Shown here in pieces: positions 52,618 through 64,000 of a stretch of DNA of 64,000 nt. Each line of letters begins with the position of its first letter. Positions within the stretch are counted from its first letter, which is position 1. Where the stretch lies: contig OX597830.1 in assembly GCA_951406725.2 (NCBI GenBank), positions 73,842,001-73,906,000 on the forward strand. Reading direction: 5' to 3'. The notes under the pieces are model-generated. The model was not told the DNA's origin. It saw nothing but the letters and a program-made list of their open reading frames with translations, and did no database searches. A program made the translations under genes and the position numbers. This stretch comes from Octopus vulgaris (Eukaryota).

Positions 52618-52626
52618 AATTATTAA

Positions 52627-52683
<57 letters not shown>

Positions 52684-52730
52684 TATTATTATTATTATTG
52701 TTATTATTCTTTTTATTTTTATTATTATTA
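52345..52730. repeat. (AAT)n followed by (TTA)n microsatellites
   Basis: Directly visible. Confidence 0.95.
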
Positions 52731-52945
52731 TGAATTCTATTTTTGGCGCATGTCCATTAACAATATGATATTGTGGTCTCGTATCGCTGGTTTGTTTGGT
52801 TTATCACCTTACAATATTTCGGTTTTATGTGGACAGAATCATTTCAATTCTCCTGGCATGGGTTTCTATACGCATACATACCTACATACATACATACGTA
52901 AATTCATGCACACATACATGCATACATACATATGTGTACATATTA

Positions 52946-53062
<117 letters not shown>

Positions 53063-53291
53063 CATACACAATGCAGCAACCGTTTTTCTAAAGCTAGCAC
53101 TTTTTTATTTTCTAGCTAATGTTTTATTATTCTGTAACTAACACTAGTTCTTTTTACCAAGCATTTGTTAGCTCTCGAGCTAAAATTCCCTTTACTCCAG
53201 CTAATACATTTTGCTCTCTAGCTAACAATAATTCTCTTGTTCATTAACGGACATTCTTGAAGCTCTAGCTAAAAGATATCGTTCTCAAGCT

Positions 53292-53530
53292 CAGTGACTC
53301 TCAAATGGACCAAAAATACCTAGTCCCTTGTCCACCCCCAGAAACATATAAGGGAAAATGTTTGCCTTCCATCCTTCTTTATTAATGAGCAAGCCAATTA
53401 GATTTTACATCTGTTTAATTCTTCCATCTTTTCTATAATGTTGGACAAATTTTAAAATGCTTAAGCGAATCACTTTTTATTAAAGATAGCATTTTATCCA
53501 TCACCACTCCCTAAGCTTTGCAGCCACCAG
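53292..53530. mobile_element. Possible old hAT MITE interrupting the array
   Basis: Ends CAGTGACTCTCAAA and TTTGCAGCCACCAG; periodicity lost inside; no clear TSD. Confidence 0.35.
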
Positions 53531-54737
53531 TATTGTTTGTTCTCTCTCTAGCAAATGTCGATTGTTTTAATAACATTAATTGTTCTGTTTTTGTCTTGTA
53601 GCTAATATTGTTATTTGTTGCATGCTGGCTAACATTTTTGATCTCTAACAGTCGTTGATCCCTAACTAAAATTTATTGATCTGTAACCAATATTCCCTGT
53701 TTTCAAGCTAGCATTCTTTTTTCTGAAGCTAACATTATTTTTTAAATATTTTCTTGCTAATTTTTGTTCTCTTGCAACAATTTATTGGTTTTTGTTTAAC
53801 ATTTCAACAACTGTATTTTTTAAGTGACGCTTGTTTTTTACTATCTAATATCTCTTGGTCTCTAGCTAATATTCTTTGCTCCCTAGCAAATATAACTTGC
53901 TCTCGAGTTAAAATTTCCAGTACTGCAGCTAACATCATTACACGCTTCTTGCTGTCATTCTTGGTCTCAAGCTAATAGTTGTTGTCTTACAACAGACAAT
54001 AACTCTTCCCTGTTTCACAAATATTACCTTCTAGCTAATATTTCTTATTCTCTTCTTCGAATTCGTATTTCTTAAACTCTAGTTGTTCTTTAGCTGATAT
54101 TTTTTGCATTCTAACATTTTTTTTCGGCATCTGAATAACATTTCTTTCGGCCTTCTGTCTAACATTCATGCACCTCCAGCAAAAGTTGCTGTATTTTACT
54201 TTAATATTTTTGTTCCAACTTATTGCTCTTTATTTGCTAATTATTTTCCATTATTTTTTTTCTTTCACTGGCGCTTGTTTGTCTTTCAGTAATATCTCTT
54301 GGTCTCCAGCTAATACTTGTTGTTCCCAAGCTAATATTACTTGCTCTTTAGTTAAATTTTCCTACCCTGTAGGTATCACTATTACACACGTCTTGCTGTT
54401 GTCCTTGGAATCCAGCTAACATTTGATACCCTTCAACAGTTTTTATTCTTCCACAAACATTCATCCTTTTCTAGCTGATATTATTTGTACCCTAACATTT
54501 TTCTTTCTAAAACTAATCATTTTTTGACCTCTAACTAAAATTCATTGACCTGTAGCTAAAATTTGTCATTCTCAGGGCAACTTCTTCACAAACTAGCTTT
54601 TTTCTTCTTTCAATAATATCTGCTGTACTCTACCCAACGTTTTTGTTTGCCACGCTAAAATCTATTGTTTATCCCTAATACCTATTATTCTTTATTATTT
54701 CCTACTTTAATTGACGCTCCTTGTTGTTCTAATATCT

Positions 54738-54968
54738 ATTTCTTTACTACCCACAAGGGGCTAAACACAGAGAGGACAAACAAGGACAGACAAACGGATT
54801 AAGTCGATTAAATAGACCCCAGTGCGTAACTGGCACTTAATTTATCGACCCCTAAAGGATGAAAGGCAAAGTCGACCTCGGCGGAATTTGAACTCAGAAC
54901 GTAACGGCAGACGAAGTACCGCTAAGCATTTCGCCCAGCGTGCTAACGATTCTGCCAGCTCGCCGCCT
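54738..54968 (-). mobile_element. SINE family A, full copy
   Basis: 17-bp TSD TTGTTGTTCTAAT(A/G)TCT at 54721-54737 and 54969-54985. Confidence 0.92.
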
Positions 54969-55591
54969 TTGTTGTTCTAATGTCTCTTGGTCTCTCGCTA
55001 ATATTTGCTACTACTTAGCTAATATTATTTGCTCTCTAGCTACAAATTCCTGTACACTGACTAACATTGTTACGTTCCCTTTTGTCATTTCTTGGTGTCA
55101 AGCTAACACTTGTTGTCCTTCAAATTGCATTGATCCTTCTGTTGCTAATATTTCTTATCCTTCAGCTGACATTGATCATACTTTGCCTAATATTCCTTAT
55201 TCCCTCTCTCATATTTTTGCTTGCTAGATTCTAGTTGCTCTCTAGCAAACATTTTTGTATTCTAAATTTTTATTAAAAATTCAATAGCTAATATTTTCTT
55301 TTTTGTCGCCAATTAACGTTCGTTGACTTCAAGCTAAATTGTGTTGTTTTCTGGATAATTTTCATCACTAGCTAACGTTTTTCGTCTTTTCTCGTTAACA
55401 TTTGCTATAGTCCAATTATTTTTTTTTTCCTGTCAAGCTAATCTTAATTGTCTTTCCACTGTTATTCACTAGTTTTTCTTTTGTTTTCCTCTCTTTAATA
55501 GCTGTACTTCACTGGCTAACATTTGTTGTTCTTTAACAAATACACTTCTTTTTCTAGATAACATATTTTGTCCTCAAATTAACATTCATTC

Positions 55592-55675
<84 letters not shown>

Positions 55676-55795
55676 CATTTGTAAGTTTTAAATAATATTT
55701 GTTCTTCTTTTGCGCTAACATTCATTAGTCTCTCCTCGAATTCTTTGCCTCCAGATATATTTTGGTCTTTACTATTCGTTGATCATATACTAAAA

Positions 55796-56042
55796 CAGGG
55801 GTGGGCAACTTTTCGTCAACTGGGGGACGCATCGTGCCATTTCCAAGTGGGAGAGGGCCGCATGATAAAACACATATGCATGAAATATTACATTCCCAAC
55901 TGAATTATTTGCAGATCTTCTTAATCTTATTTGTCTTAGTATGAAAGTTTATTTGTCTCAATATCAAATTAGCAACCCAAAAACTCACCGAAGGCAGCAC
56001 AAAGTGTAGGGCCGCAGGCGGCCCGCAAGTTACCCATGCATG
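55796..56042. mobile_element. hAT MITE
   Basis: Ends CAGGGGTGGGCAAC and GTTACCCATGCATG; 8-bp TSD TACTAAAA/TGCTAAAA; GGGCCGC subterminal motifs. Confidence 0.75.
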
Positions 56043-56216
56043 TGCTAAAATATACTTTTATTCAGCTAACGTCCCTCACTTTCTAGCTGCCATTTGTTTT
56101 CTAGCGAGCATTTTATGAGTGCCCCATGGAAATGTTTTGTTCTTTTACGACCATTGTCAAGCATTTTTTTCTTTTGTTACGTCAGACTAGAAATTTAAAA
56201 ATCTTCTTAAATAGAC

Positions 56217-56289
<73 letters not shown>

Positions 56290-56293
<4 letters not shown>

Positions 56294-56600
56294 CGACTCC
56301 AGTGCGTAACTGGTACTTATTTAATCGACCCCGAAAGGATGAAAGGCAAACTCAGAACATAAAGACAGACGAAATACCTATTTCTTTACTACCCACAAAG
56401 CGCCCGCCAAACACAGAGGAGACCAGGGACAGACAAACGAAATAAGTCGATTATATCGACCCCAGTGCGTAATTGGTACGTATTTAATCGACCCCGAAAG
56501 GATGAAAGGCAAAGTCGACCTCGGCGGAATTTGAATTCAGAACGGTAGACGAAATACGACAACGCATTTCGCCCGGCGTGCTAAGTATTCTGCCAGCTCG
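56290..56600 (-). mobile_element. SINE family A dimer
   Basis: Junction GACGAAATAC|CTATTTCTTT at ~56377. Confidence 0.85.
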
Positions 56601-56876
56601 AAGTTTCTAAATAATGTTTGCCGTTTCCTAGCAAACATAATTTCGTCTCTCACATTCGTAAATTTCTTATTTGTTGTTCTATAGCTAACAACATTCTCTA
56701 TTTTCTGGCTAACATATATTCATCTCCAGCTAATTTTCTTCGATTTTAAAAGCTAACATTTGTTTATACAACATCTAACATGTACATGTTATTCCCTAGC
56801 TAACATTTACTCTTTCCCTGTTATTTGTTATTCTCTAACTACCATTTTGTGTTCTTTGGTTAGCATTAGTTGTTCT

Positions 56877-56934
56877 AATGGCGTAACATAGTAAATTCCA
56901 TTGTCTCGACCACGGTCGAACAATGATGATGATG
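56877..56934 (+). mobile_element. 58-bp retroposon 3' stub
   Basis: Hairpin TCGACC-AC-GGTCGA, (TGA)n tail, 9-bp TSD AGTTGTTCT at 56868-56876 and 56935-56943. Confidence 0.6.
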
Positions 56935-57224
56935 AGTTGTTCTCTCTAATATCCCTTCTTCACTATTGCTGTGTTGATCTTTAATATTTGTTGCTATCAG
57001 GCATCGTATTTTCTCGCTAATCTCTTTTGTTGTTTAATTAATATTCATTATTTTCTTGCTAATATGGTTTTGTTCTCTATTTTATATTCATTGTTCTCCA
57101 ACAAAATCCACAGTACCCCAGCTAATACGTTGCGTTCTTTAACAAGCATTCTCAAAAATAGATTAGTTTTAGTAGGTCCCAGATGCCATTCTGACCATAC
57201 CTTCACAGACCAGCCATCTCGCTA

Positions 57225-57980
<756 letters not shown>

Positions 57981-58300
57981 GCCATCAACCTGAGCTACAC
58001 CTACAGGTGCAATAGTTGATGATGCAAGATGACAAAAAAATTAGTTCATTTACCGCTGCATGCGATAGGTACGGAGTTCCTAAGAATCTTTATTACGTAA
58101 ATATATTTACAGTTAGGTGAACTGGAATATTTTATAATTAAATGTCTTTTCGCACCACAAGCCTGTTAGCTAGTCTTTGTAGAGTGGATAAGCTTTGATA
58201 CACATGCTCATATATATTCGATTCAAAACTGCCATAGTTTCTTCATGTTTTTTTCCATATAGTAACACACACACACACGCACACGCATGTATGTATGTGA

Positions 58301-58346
<46 letters not shown>

Positions 58347-58429
58347 TGTATACATGTGTGCGTATATATGTGTTTGTATGTTTGTGAGTGTGTGTTTGTG
58401 TGTGTCTGTTTGTGTCTGTATTTATGTAC

Positions 58430-59162
58430 AGGCGGGGCTGTGTGGTGAGAAGCTTGCCTCCCAACCACATGGTACGGCTCCAGTCTCACAGCGTGAAACC
58501 TTGGGCAAGTGTCTCCAACCATAGCCACGGGCCGACCAAAATCTTCTGAGCGGATTTCGTAGACGGTAACTGAAAGCCCGTCATCTGCACACACACGTCA
58601 CACGTCACACGTACGTACGTACGTTTGTATGTAGTATGTATGTAAGTATGTATGTATGTAAGTAGGTATGTAGGTATGTATGTATGTACGTATGTATGTA
58701 TGTATGTAGCTATGCGTGTGTGTCTTTGTCTCACCACCACCTCTTGACAACCGGTGTTGTGTTTAGGTTCCCGAAACTTAGCGACAGGATAACCATCATG
58801 CTGAAATGTGCAATTACTGGGTTCGATTCGTTCGACTAAAATTTCTTCAAGGCGGTGCCCCAGCATGGCCGCAATGTAATGACTGAAACGATTAAAAGGT
58901 AGAGGATATATATGCTCACATACACAAACACACACCTATATATTCTTTCCTACTCTAGGCTCAAGGCCCGAAAATTTTTAGAGAGTGGTGGGGGGATCGA
59001 TTAGATCGACTCCAGTACGCAACTGGTACTTAATTCATCGAACCCCGAATGATGAAAAGAAAGTCGACTTTAAACTCAGAATTTGAACTCAGAACCTAAA
59101 GACACACGAAATACTGCTAAACATTTCGCCCGGCGTGCTAACGTTTCTGCCAGATCGCCGCC
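58430..59162. mobile_element. SINE family C (58430-58900 +) and family A (58945-59162 -)
   Basis: Family motifs. Confidence 0.8.
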
Positions 59163-59195
59163 TTACGCACGCACACACACGCACGCACACACACG

Positions 59196-59260
<65 letters not shown>

Positions 59261-59614
59261 ATACATATATATATTGCTTTCTTTAAAAGTTCGGTCACTC
59301 AACAGTCTAGAATAGATAATCTAGCAGTTTTTCCACTGTAAATTGTATCTTTGTTTCCTTCGTCGCAATGAATGGAAAGCTAAACTCCATTGGTTAGAAC
59401 CCGTGTATAGTTGAGGAAGCATTTCATTAGGTCTTAATTTTTGTTTTGTTGTTTTGTTGCTGTGTCTTATTGATAACACCTCCTTCATCATTTTATGGGC
59501 TTTGATATAATAATCGACACCAATAAATTCCCCAATTTTCTGTTTGTAAACAGACCATTTATTTAGAAATCGTTGTCAGTGTCACATGCCACTAATATTC
59601 CCTGGCCTCATTTT

Positions 59615-59652
<38 letters not shown>

Positions 59653-60726
59653 GTTTAGTTAAATGACGAAGGTCGGCGTCCCTCATCCTTTCAGAAGACT
59701 TAAGACGATAAAGGATAAAGGTGTTGGAGGTTAAAATACAATGCTTCTTAGCATTGTACAAAGCTTTGCAAGGTCTATTACCGTTTTACAATGTTTCGAG
59801 AATAAAGAACGATGTCCATGGCCTTTCACGAGGCCTTTCACGGGGGAAAAAGAATCGTTACCCATTTAAAAAGTCTTCGAGAAAGCGAGGACGAAAATCA
59901 TAAAATATTTAACCCGCAACTCTGGTCCTGAGTGGACCATACTAAAGACACCAAGAGCTTGGTAGTGATATGAAATCGCACGACGGATTAAATCTAACAG
60001 CTACGAACAGGAATAGACACTCTCACAGTTTCCGTCTACATAGGTGAAACGCACTACCTAAGTTCCTGTATAATATTATCCAGCCGGAAAATACTTGACT
60101 GTGAAGGGGAATTTCTTAACGACGTGGTATGCATCAATAATGAGCCCATGTATCAATGATGTAAAACTAATTTTTTCACTTGAATGATCAGAAAAACCAC
60201 TCTAAAAATACTCTAATCTCATATTAAATAGATTAATGCAGAGAGTAATAGAGACAGAAAACAAAGGGAATGAAGAATAATATTAAATGCATTTCTGTAC
60301 TTTTAAGCAACAGGTAAGCAATCATGAATGTACTATCTTTTTTTTTCTTTTACCCTTGAAACAGCTAGCTGGATGTCGTGGTTGGAAGGAAGGCAACTAT
60401 ATGACTATTTAATAAGACAGGGTGCATAATAAAAAGATTAAGACGGGATAGGAAATATCGTATAACTATTTAGCTTAAGAAGATAGCTAATTTATGGCAG
60501 ACATAAATATAACGCAGGAATTAAGATGAAATACAGTGTCAAAATTTAGGAAAAAACAATCCACTACCTTTAGCTCATTAGCAATTAAGAAAGTGGTGTG
60601 TCTCGATTAGGTTAATAACGGACTGTACATGTAATGACCAGAAGTAAAAATTACAGAGAAATATGATGTGTGTGGGTATGTGTGCTTAACTATATACGCA
60701 GCATATATATATATATATATATATAT

Positions 60727-61105
60727 TCTTTTACTTATTTCAGTCATTTGACTGCGGCCATGCTGGACCACCGCCTTCAGTCGAGCAAATTGACACCAGG
60801 ATTTATTCTTTGTAAGCCTAGTACTTATTCCATCGGTCTCTTTTGCCAAACATCTATGGTACGGAGACGTAAACATAACAACATCGGTTGTGAAGCGATG
60901 GTGGGGGCACACACAAGCACATGCATACATATATATATATATATATATATACGACGGGATTCTCTCAGTTTCCGTGTACCAATTCCATTCACAAAACTTT
61001 GGTCGGCCCGAGGCTATAGTTGAAGACACCTGCCCAAGGTGCAATGCAGTGAAAAGGGCTGAGCCCGGAACCACGTGTTGGGAAGCAAGCTTCTTACCAC
61101 ACACC
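60727..61105 (-). mobile_element. SINE family C
   Basis: Family motifs with internal (TA)n. Confidence 0.85.
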
Positions 61106-61113
61106 CACTTCTG

Positions 61114-61156
<43 letters not shown>

Positions 61157-61525
61157 GTATATATTCACTTACACAGTGTGTGTGTGTGTGTGTGCGTGTA
61201 TGTGTATATAGTTTTTGCAGGAATAATTATTGATCAAATGAGGAAATTGGATGACATATTTTGAAGTATTATTTATTAACTGTTACACGTGTTTCATTTG
61301 GTAATAAGGTTGCAATCTTTGTAACATGATAGGAAATCAAATTAGTTTTTGATTCCCTATCTGAAAAAATGTTAATACGTGATATCTTATATGGTTTTCC
61401 TACATGTACAGTTTTGTAACTCCTCTTAGCAAATGACACACGAGTAACGGCGAATAAATAGAAACTACTAAGTTTCTTTCCAACTCTTCCAATCTTCTGT
61501 TTATATATACATGTGTGTATATGCA

Positions 61526-61561
<36 letters not shown>

Positions 61562-62142
61562 TGTGTGTAGTGTCCTACAGAGATGAACGTGTGTATCCAG
61601 CATAACATATCAAGTTTCACAAAGCACGCATGAACTCTGAGTATCAAAGGAGTGAATTATTATCGATTCTACACCAATTATACACTCCACATCATATACT
61701 GAATATTCTCCTCCTCCTCCTTCCCCTCCTCCTCCTCCTCCTCGGATGTAAGCTGTTTATAAAAACTTGTTAATGTATTCTGCAAGCCTTGTATTTTAAA
61801 ACAAGCATTCAGACACACAGACTTCTATTACAATCATTATTTAATAGAAAAAAAAAAACCAGAAAAGAAAGGAACACAAAACAAGAAAACCTGTTACGGA
61901 ACATAAAGTCTAAATGAGCTATTTAACAAGGTAAATGGCGAAATGGCTCCAAAGAGGATGGAACATTAAAGAACACAGGAGGTCTTCGTTTCTTTTTCTT
62001 CTAATTTTCTTGTCTCTTTGTAATATTTTTGTCGCAATCCGACAAGCAGGTGTTTCTTTCGGAAGCGACATGTTATTCTGTTGAGAGAAGACAGCAAACT
62101 ACGAAAATGCACGAATGATATACACAGGACTAAGGGACATAG

Positions 62143-62174
<32 letters not shown>

Positions 62175-62193
62175 CATACATACATACATGCAT

Positions 62194-62258
<65 letters not shown>

Positions 62259-62291
62259 CATATATATACATATACATATATATATATATAC

Positions 62292-62350
<59 letters not shown>

Positions 62351-62539
62351 AACACACACATATATATATATATATTATTTATATGCCTAAATACGTACAT
62401 ACATATATACCTACATACATACACAAATACACACACACACGAGACTAAAAAGCCGCAGATATATGGATACACACACACAATATATATATATATATATATA
62501 TGTATTTGCGTTTATATATTTTTCTGTATATTTCATATG

Positions 62540-62670
<131 letters not shown>

Positions 62671-62967
62671 TTAGGGAGAGAATGAGAGAAAAAAAGAGAG
62701 GGAAAGAGAGAGGGAGGTGATTAAGTGTTCATTTGTGTGAGTGTAGTGTGTGCACGTGTATTTGAATGTGTATTAATAAACATATGATACATTGTTTTTT
62801 TTTCCCTCCTTAAGAGAATCACAGTGTCCCATTTATTCGGTGCTTATCTCTCGCTTCCGTTGGACAATGAATTTGAACGAGGGATAAATATTGATGAAGC
62901 AAGTCTTGCGTCGACACGAAACTCGCTTCGCAATAACATAGTCTTGGTTTCAGCGAGCTCGTAGGAA

Positions 62968-63372
62968 AGGCGGCGAGGTGGCAGAAACGTTAGCACGCCA
63001 GGCGAAATGCTTAGCGGCATTTCGTCTGCCGCTACGTTCTGAGTTCAAATTCCACCGAGGTCGAATTTGCCTTTCAGCTTTTCGGGGTCGATTAAATAAG
63101 TACCAGTTACGTACTGGAGTCGATATAATCGACTGAATCCGTTTGTCTGTCTTTGTTTGTCCTCTCTGTGTTTAGCACCCTTGTGGGTAGTAAAGAAATA
63201 GGTATTTCGTCTGCCACTACGCTCTGAGTTCAAATTCCGCCGAGGTCGACTTTGCTTTTCAGCCTTTCAGGGTCGACTAAATAAGTACCAGTTAAGCACT
63301 GGGGGGCGATGTAATCGACTCAATCTCTTGTTTGTTCCCTCCGTGTTTAGCCTCCTCTGGGCAATAAAGAAA
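62968..63372 (+). mobile_element. SINE family A dimer
   Basis: Full head; junction AAAGAAATAG|GTATTTCGTCTGCC at ~63201. Confidence 0.9.
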
Positions 63373-63522
63373 TGATCATCCTGTCTTAATTATTCAGGTA
63401 TTATATATATAGGACTACATTTCTATGTTTAAGAGATGAGGAATTATGTACATTATTTACAATTGACGGATATTTGTCGTCTTCTTGTTTGTTGTTAGCA
63501 CAATGTTTGTTGTTAGCACAAT

Positions 63523-63775
63523 GACTCGCGGATTCGAATCTTAGACCGGGAGATGTGTGTGTTTATGAGCGAAACACCCAAGCTCCACGCGGCTACGGCA
63601 GAAGGTAATGTCAAACTTCTGCTGACTCTTTCGCCACAACTTTCTCTTACTCTTTCCTCCTGCATCTTGCAGCTCACCTGCGACGTCCCGTCCAGGTGGG
63701 GAACCTATACGCCAAGGAAACCGGGAAACCGGCCCTTATGAGCCAGGCATGGTTTGAGAAGGAACAAACAAACAA
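63523..63775 (+). mobile_element. SINE family B'
   Basis: Colinear with 6965-7219. Confidence 0.8.
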
Positions 63776-63889
63776 ACTTTGGCATAAGCTCACATAAATT
63801 TGCTATTAAAGAAGACACTTGCTCAAGGTGTCACACTGTTGGATTGAACCCGAAACTATTTGGTTGCAATGCGTGCTTCTTTTTTAAAG

Positions 63890-64000
63890 AAACACAGATC
63901 TATATTTAAGAGATGAGGAATTATGTACATTATTTACATTCGACAGATATTTGTCCTCATCGTTTCGGCTGATATACCCTCCAGCTTTCTTCAGGTGCCT
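63890..64000 (-). mobile_element. pLTR-like fragment with hammerhead core (partial second copy at 63410-63522)
   Basis: CUGAAGA-AAGCUG(GAGGGUAUAU)CAGCC-GAAA-CG; homologous to 25440-25595. Confidence 0.6.

Larger units (their letters stand above)
53075..57150. repeat. Degenerate 21-bp tandem array (core CTAGCTAAY) with ~440-bp higher-order repeat
   Basis: GCTAA-like cores at 53179, 53200, 53221 and 53844, 53865, 53886, 53907, 53928; AATATCTCTTGGTCTC block at 53847, 54291 and 54731 (split by a SINE). Confidence 0.8.

Noticed and set aside
54363-54372. TACCCTGTAG matching the miR-10 5' end
   Set aside because: Only 10 nt match, no precursor hairpin, and it lies inside the tandem array
53754-55227. 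Plus-strand SLANI-repeat ORFs as real proteins
   Set aside because: Short, one starts inside a SINE, and they are best explained as the antisense frame of the 21-bp array
53075-57150. CRISPR-like array
   Set aside because: No conserved repeat with unique spacers, no cas genes, eukaryotic context

Overview
AT-rich, microsatellite-dense eukaryotic non-coding DNA. The tRNA-headed SINE families and extreme simple-repeat load suggest an octopus genome, which is an inference. No host protein-coding exon could be supported, and almost all ORFs in the track are microsatellite artefacts. Mobile elements: a 5'-truncated CR1-clade LINE with an uninterrupted 737-aa ORF, a full-length frameshifted mariner, an internally deleted mariner, a Tigger/pogo fragment, R4/Dong-like and other LINE relics, several MITEs and dozens of SINE copies from four to five modular families. 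Less expected features: (i) a fully paired canonical type I hammerhead ribozyme at 14787-14873 (-); (ii) many Penelope-type minimal or variant hammerhead motifs, three sets of them in divergent inverted pairs; (iii) a cryptic ~4 kb array of 21-bp units with a ~440-bp higher-order period that reads as a decayed ILAREQx heptad on the minus strand; (iv) SINE multimers sharing one recurrent junction. All calls were made by eye, so boundaries of degenerate elements are approximate.
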